NCBI GenBank assembly: GCA_021648085.1
Contig: JAKITS010000001.1
Location: 541,671 to 605,670, forward strand
From: Candidatus Magasanikiibacteriota bacterium
GTDB taxonomy: Bacteria > Patescibacteriota > Patescibacteriia > Magasanikbacterales > UBA922
Length of the DNA stretch: 64,000 nucleotides
Reading direction: 5' to 3'
Below are positions 59,705-64,000 of the stretch, piece after piece. Each line of letters opens with the position of its first letter. Within the stretch, counting starts at the first letter, position 1. Below the pieces are notes generated by a model that saw only the letters and a list, made by a program, of their open reading frames with translations, did no database searches and was not told the DNA's origin. The position numbers and the translations under genes are program-made.

Positions 59705-60451
59705 TTAAACAAAAAAACTCAAATTCACCCTACTTACTTCTTTTTCGTTGAAACTTTCCAAATAGCGAATTATAAATTTATATACTTTTTCTGGATTTTC
59801 TGTATTTTCAATACTACCAACTTCACTAAATTTACTAATTATTAAAGTTATCATATCATTTCTAATTCCTCCTAAAAATGCTAGATCTTTTGACTGTATA
59901 AAGTGTTTAATCTTACAATTTTCACATAAAACCCCACCTCCAGAAAAATGAAAAAACCATGAATTTCCACCATCATAACACCTTCTAGGACAATGAACAC
60001 AAAAATTTAACTGTGGTAAAAAACCAAGCAAAGCAGACATTTTTAAAGTAAAAGAATTTAAAAGTGTAATATAATTTACAACACAACTAAGCTCATTTAA
60101 AAAATTCAACCAACTGTATAAAAAAATAAAAACCTTATTGTCTGGAAGATTTTCCTGTGTCAATTCGCTCAACATTTTTACGGTAAACTGTGCCAATAAA
60201 ATTTTTTTAAAATCTTGTCGTAAATTAGAAAAAGAATTTATAGACTGAACACTACCTAAAATTCTCATTTCTTTTCCTTGCAAAATTTCCGCATCCACAA
60301 AACAAAACGGCTCCAAATTGGCCGAATTTTTACTTACAATTTTCTTAACTCCACGCGCCAAAACATCAACCTTTCCACTATCTTTTGTATAAAAAGTTAT
60401 CAACTGGTCATTTTCACGAAAATCTCTTCGCTCCAAAACAATTGCATACAT
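59705..60451 (-). CDS. recO: DNA repair protein RecO
   Basis: AIVL...FRENDQLITFYT..SGKV..LARGVKK..SK; C4 zinc site CVHC...CENC. Confidence 0.94.
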   Translation of the reverse strand: MYAIVLERRDFRENDQLITFYTKDSGKVDVLARGVKKIVSKNSANLEPFCFVDAEILQGKEMRILGSVQSINSFSNLRQDFKKILLAQFTVKMLSELTQENLPDNKVFIFLYSWLNFLNELSCVVNYITLLNSFTLKMSALLGFLPQLNFCVHCPRRCYDGGNSWFFHFSGGGVLCENCKIKHFIQSKDLAFLGGIRNDMITLIISKFSEVGSIENTENPEKVYKFIIRYLESFNEKEVSRVNLSFFV

Positions 60452-60465
60452 ATATTATATATACT

Positions 60466-60846
60466 CTAATTCTGTAAATACTCCTGCAAAATAACCATTG
60501 CAGCCTTCTCATCGCGATAAGCTTCACCACCCATCTCATCTGCTTCGTGAGAAGAATATCTTTCATCTGCAAACTCAATTGGTGTATCAATTTTCAATTT
60601 TATTTTTTCTGCAAATTCTCGAACTTTTTTTGAATTTTTAGTCTCTTCTCCACTTTCCAAACCAACCGGCAAGCCTATTACAATCTTATCAAAATTTTCT
60701 TTTAAAATTAATTTAGCAAACTCTTGTATTTTCTCATCTTCGCCCTCCCATTCAAAAACACCAAAAGGTAAAACAACATCTACAGCGTCTCTTTTTACAG
60801 CCAAACCAATCCTTTTTGTTCCAAAATCAATACCTAAAATATTCAT
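60466..60846 (-). CDS. ruvX: YqgF/RuvX family nuclease
   Basis: ILGIDFGTKRIGLA, IVIGLP, DERYSS, AAMVILQEYL. Confidence 0.94.
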   Translation of the reverse strand: MNILGIDFGTKRIGLAVKRDAVDVVLPFGVFEWEGEDEKIQEFAKLILKENFDKIVIGLPVGLESGEETKNSKKVREFAEKIKLKIDTPIEFADERYSSHEADEMGGEAYRDEKAAMVILQEYLQN

Positions 60847-60848
60847 AT

Positions 60849-61664
60849 TTATTTTTCTAAAGGTCTTCTGGTCACTACAATTGGATCGCCTTCTGTAATT
60901 ATAACAGTATGCTCAAAATGTGCACACAAACTTTTGTCTGCAGTTTCTATTGTCCAATCGTCATCTGCTGTCACGATATCACCCCCCCCCATTGTTATCA
61001 TTGGTTCCAATGCCAAAACCATTCCAGCTTTCAAAATAATTCTCTTCAAGCTAGAATCATAAAAATTTGGAACCCTAGGCTCTTCGTGTACATGAAACCC
61101 TACGCCATGTCCTATCAAATCTCGCACAATTCCATACCCTTTTGGATCTACATAATCCTGAATAGCTTCTCCAATATCAGATAGTTTATTTCCAGCTCTA
61201 CATTTATCAATTCCGATTTCCAAAGCTTTTTTTGTCACATTCATCAGACCTTGAGTTTTCTCAGGAATTTTCCCAACAGCCACAGTCAAAGCCGTATCTG
61301 TAAAATATCCATTTTTATTCTCCCCTTCTCCACATTTTCTAGGCCACTGCATTCCAATATCCATACTAAAAATATCCCCCTCTTTCAGAATATCCTTATC
61401 CCTTGCAACCCCATGAACCAACTCATGATTTCTAGCAACACAAACAGTACCAGGAAATCCTTTCCTGTATTTATCTCCACCATAACCTTTAAAAGCTGGC
61501 AATCCACCAGCTTCTTTTATAAGTCTTTCAGCTTCTTTATCTATCTCAGCAGTACTTATTCCATGTACTGCCATTTTGGATATCTTTTCCAAAACCTCAC
61601 CCAAAATTTTTCCACCTTTCACAAGTTTATCTTGAACTTCTTTTGGTTTTATAAAATTCATCAT
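60849..61664 (-). CDS. map: Methionine aminopeptidase type I
   Basis: VHG, DIG, DTA, GHGVG..VHEEP, EPMI, AHFEHT. Confidence 0.97.
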   Translation of the reverse strand: MMNFIKPKEVQDKLVKGGKILGEVLEKISKMAVHGISTAEIDKEAERLIKEAGGLPAFKGYGGDKYRKGFPGTVCVARNHELVHGVARDKDILKEGDIFSMDIGMQWPRKCGEGENKNGYFTDTALTVAVGKIPEKTQGLMNVTKKALEIGIDKCRAGNKLSDIGEAIQDYVDPKGYGIVRDLIGHGVGFHVHEEPRVPNFYDSSLKRIILKAGMVLALEPMITMGGGDIVTADDDWTIETADKSLCAHFEHTVIITEGDPIVVTRRPLEK

Positions 61665-61666
61665 AA

Positions 61667-62242
61667 TTATTTTAACACTTTATTTATGCTTTTTGTCACT
61701 TCCTCTATATTTTTACTACCGTCCACCACTTTTAATATATCTATTTTTTTATAGTAATTCACAATGGGTCTTATCTTCGCATTTCCCTGATCTTCCATTC
61801 TTTTTAGAATTACATCTTTTTTGTCATCCTCTCTACCTTCATGACGCTTCAAAAGCCTTTCTGTGGCTATTTCATCAGTCAATTCTATTTCTACTGCCAT
61901 TATATCATTTTGCCATCCTTTTTCCTTAAAAAACCTATCATAAGCTTCTGCCTGCTCTAAATTCCTTATAGCGCCGTCCAGTACTACACCGTCACTTTCA
62001 TTCATCTTTTTTTCTATTTCCGCAAAAGCAAGTTTATACACAATCTCGTCTGCAACCATTTTCCCATCTTTAATTCCCTCAACTGCTTTTACTATTTTTC
62101 CGTCCGCATTTTCATCTGCCAAAATAGCACGAAAAAGATTTCCAGTAGAAATATGAGTATAACTATAATTCTCCGCAATCAACTTTGCCTGAGTTCCCTT
62201 ACCACTTCCAGGAATACCAAGTAAAATAATAATTTTTTTCAT
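61667..62242 (-). CDS. adk: Adenylate kinase (short LID form)
   Basis: GIPGSGKGTQA, HISTG, LDG..R..EQA, REDD; lies between secY and map. Confidence 0.93.
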   Translation of the reverse strand: MKKIIILLGIPGSGKGTQAKLIAENYSYTHISTGNLFRAILADENADGKIVKAVEGIKDGKMVADEIVYKLAFAEIEKKMNESDGVVLDGAIRNLEQAEAYDRFFKEKGWQNDIMAVEIELTDEIATERLLKRHEGREDDKKDVILKRMEDQGNAKIRPIVNYYKKIDILKVVDGSKNIEEVTKSINKVLK

Positions 62243-62293
62243 AACTAAATGTTTTTAGTCTCGATTTATTAAATAAAAAAATCTTCTTTTTTG

Positions 62294-62352
62294 CACTCGC
62301 TCGGTTATAATAAATCTACGCTTCGCTTCGACTTATTACAACTCTCACTCGT
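62294..62352. repeat. Small intergenic palindrome between secY and adk
   Basis: CACTCGCTCG-GTTATAATAA...CGCTTCGC...TTATTACAAC-TCTCACTCG. Confidence 0.5.
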
Positions 62353-62457
62353 TTAAAAAATAAAAAATAGTGGAGTTTCCACATAAATAATTTAACACTT
62401 TTCACTATAAAAATCAAGTAATAAAAAACCACCCTCTCGGATGGTTTTTTTAAAGTT

Positions 62458-63729
62458 TTAAACTCTATCGTATTCATGCATTGTTATTTGTGCTTCCGTT
62501 TGTTTTGCGGTGTCAATTGCTACTGACACTACAATTAGCAAACTTGTACCACCAATCGCTAGCGATTGTGTCTGGGTTATTCCCTGCACAATCAAAGGAA
62601 GAATTGCAATACCTGCTAGGAATAAAGCTCCAAACAGTACTATCTTATTCATTGTTGATTTCAGATAATTTTCAGTTTCTTTACCAGGACGAATTCCTGG
62701 GATAAATGCACCTTGTCTTTGTAAATTTTCTGCCATCTGGTCTGGATGGAATATAACCTCTGTATAAAAGTAGGTAAATCCAAATACCATCAAGAAATAT
62801 AAAACTCCGTAAATAATCTGATTATTAAAAATATCAACTGTCACTCTCGCAACAGTACCCAAAACTCCTGGATTACTCACAAAGAATTGGGCGACAAGCG
62901 GAGGGAATAGTACAACTGAAATTGCAAAAATAATAGGGATAACTCCAGCCATATTCACACGAAGTGGTAAGTGTGTTTGCTGACCTTGACCTGCTCTACC
63001 TCGAATTTGCCGTGCATATTTAACAGGAATATTCCTTTGTCCCTCACTAATTATAACCACTGCAATTATCGTAATTACAGACACTATTGCAAATAAAACA
63101 TATGTAAACAAGTCTGCTGAGTTATAGTTTATAATTAAGTTTTGAAGAACTCCAGGAACAGCAGATATTATACCAGCAAAGATTAATAAAGATATACCAT
63201 TCCCAACTTTTTTTTCACTAATTAATTCTCCAATCCACATCAAGAACATAGTTCCTGCTGTAATTGTAATCATAATAGAGCTAAGTTGGAAAACAGTTAT
63301 ATCCCCTACAATATCATATTGAGACTGACGCAATATATTTATCATTGCGTAAGATTGTAAAAACGCAAGAGGAACAGTAGCAAGGCGAGTATACATACTT
63401 ATCTTTTGCTGACCTGCCTCGCCTTCTTTTTGCATTTCCTCTATCTTTGGATAGATCATACCCAAAAGCTGAAATATAATTGAAGATGTAATATAAGGTG
63501 CTATTCCAAGCATCACAATAGAGAAGTTCTCCATTGTTCCACCAGAAAACAAGTTCATCATTCCAAATATCTGATTTCCATCCAAAAATCTACCAAGATT
63601 TTCTACATTAATTCCAGGAACTGGAATGTGGGCTGCCAATCTGAAAACAACCAACATTGCCAATACAAACAAAACGTTTTTGCGAATATCTTTTATTTTC
63701 CAGATACGAATAATTTTTTCCCACCACAT
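62458..63729 (-). CDS. secY: Preprotein translocase subunit SecY
   Basis: HIPVPG, LGIAPYITSSII.QLL, GNGISLLIFAGI, AGVIPIIFA, FIPGIRPG, GGTSLLIVV. Confidence 0.98.
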   Translation of the reverse strand: MWWEKIIRIWKIKDIRKNVLFVLAMLVVFRLAAHIPVPGINVENLGRFLDGNQIFGMMNLFSGGTMENFSIVMLGIAPYITSSIIFQLLGMIYPKIEEMQKEGEAGQQKISMYTRLATVPLAFLQSYAMINILRQSQYDIVGDITVFQLSSIMITITAGTMFLMWIGELISEKKVGNGISLLIFAGIISAVPGVLQNLIINYNSADLFTYVLFAIVSVITIIAVVIISEGQRNIPVKYARQIRGRAGQGQQTHLPLRVNMAGVIPIIFAISVVLFPPLVAQFFVSNPGVLGTVARVTVDIFNNQIIYGVLYFLMVFGFTYFYTEVIFHPDQMAENLQRQGAFIPGIRPGKETENYLKSTMNKIVLFGALFLAGIAILPLIVQGITQTQSLAIGGTSLLIVVSVAIDTAKQTEAQITMHEYDRV

Positions 63730-63780
63730 AAAGTAAGTACTATAAAATTGAGTAAAAAGAAACAGGAACTACAAACAGTT

Positions 63781-64000
63781 TTATTCAATAGAGCCACCAG
63801 CTTTTTCAATTGCTTCTCTTGCTTTTGCAGAAACACCACAACCTTTTACTGCTATCTTTTTTGTAAGTTCTCCGTTAGATACTATCTTAACACCATTTCT
63901 AGCTTTTGCAATAATCTTCAACTTTTTTAAAGACTCCGGTGTTACAATTTCCATCTTATCTGCAAATTTTTCAAGCGTAGACAAAGACACAGTCTCCTTT
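63781..64000 (-). CDS. rplO: 50S ribosomal protein L15 (3' part; start lies outside the window)
   Basis: VKIVSNGELTKKI.V...S.KAREAIEKAGG; directly upstream of secY. Confidence 0.93.
   Translation of the reverse strand, partial: KETVSLSTLEKFADKMEIVTPESLKKLKIIAKARNGVKIVSNGELTKKIAVKGCGVSAKAREAIEKAGGSIE

Noticed and set aside
60982-60990. C9 homopolymer in map as a phase-variation tract
   Set aside because: In frame (Met-Gly-Gly-Gly) in an intact essential gene; no evidence of slippage.

Overview
AT-rich chromosomal segment read with genetic code 11. Gene content and style point to a Patescibacteria/CPR bacterium (inference): truncated TsaB, a DUF4012 protein, a T4SS-type pilin, tRNA-Arg(GCG), tRNAs without encoded CCA, and core genes lacking Shine-Dalgarno (SD) sites. 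The backbone is housekeeping: rplJL, tsaB/D, dnaE, pheST, rseP, PMM/PGM, clpC, radA, recG, LCP, der, pth-dprA-topA, rel, parAB, scpAB, aspS, asnS, recO, ruvX, map, adk, secY, rplO and four tRNAs. The main unexplained signal is a set of at least nine scattered orphan loci that share a 5' architecture the core genes lack: often a sigma70 promoter, then a boxA-like GTTC(T/A)TT(T)AC motif near the transcript start, then a strong AGGAGG(T) SD, usually with a terminator downstream. Several of these orphans look like degenerate ACP-like, DUF2059-like, UVR-like or MORN-repeat proteins. Also notable: a guaB-like gene with GMP-reductase signatures, a Cys-rich pilin fused to an M15 peptidase next to DsbA, three families of palindromic intergenic repeats (one copy inside the L10 leader), and a 130-bp element between 29-bp direct repeats at tRNA-Leu. 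All family calls come from motif recognition by eye; no searches were run.
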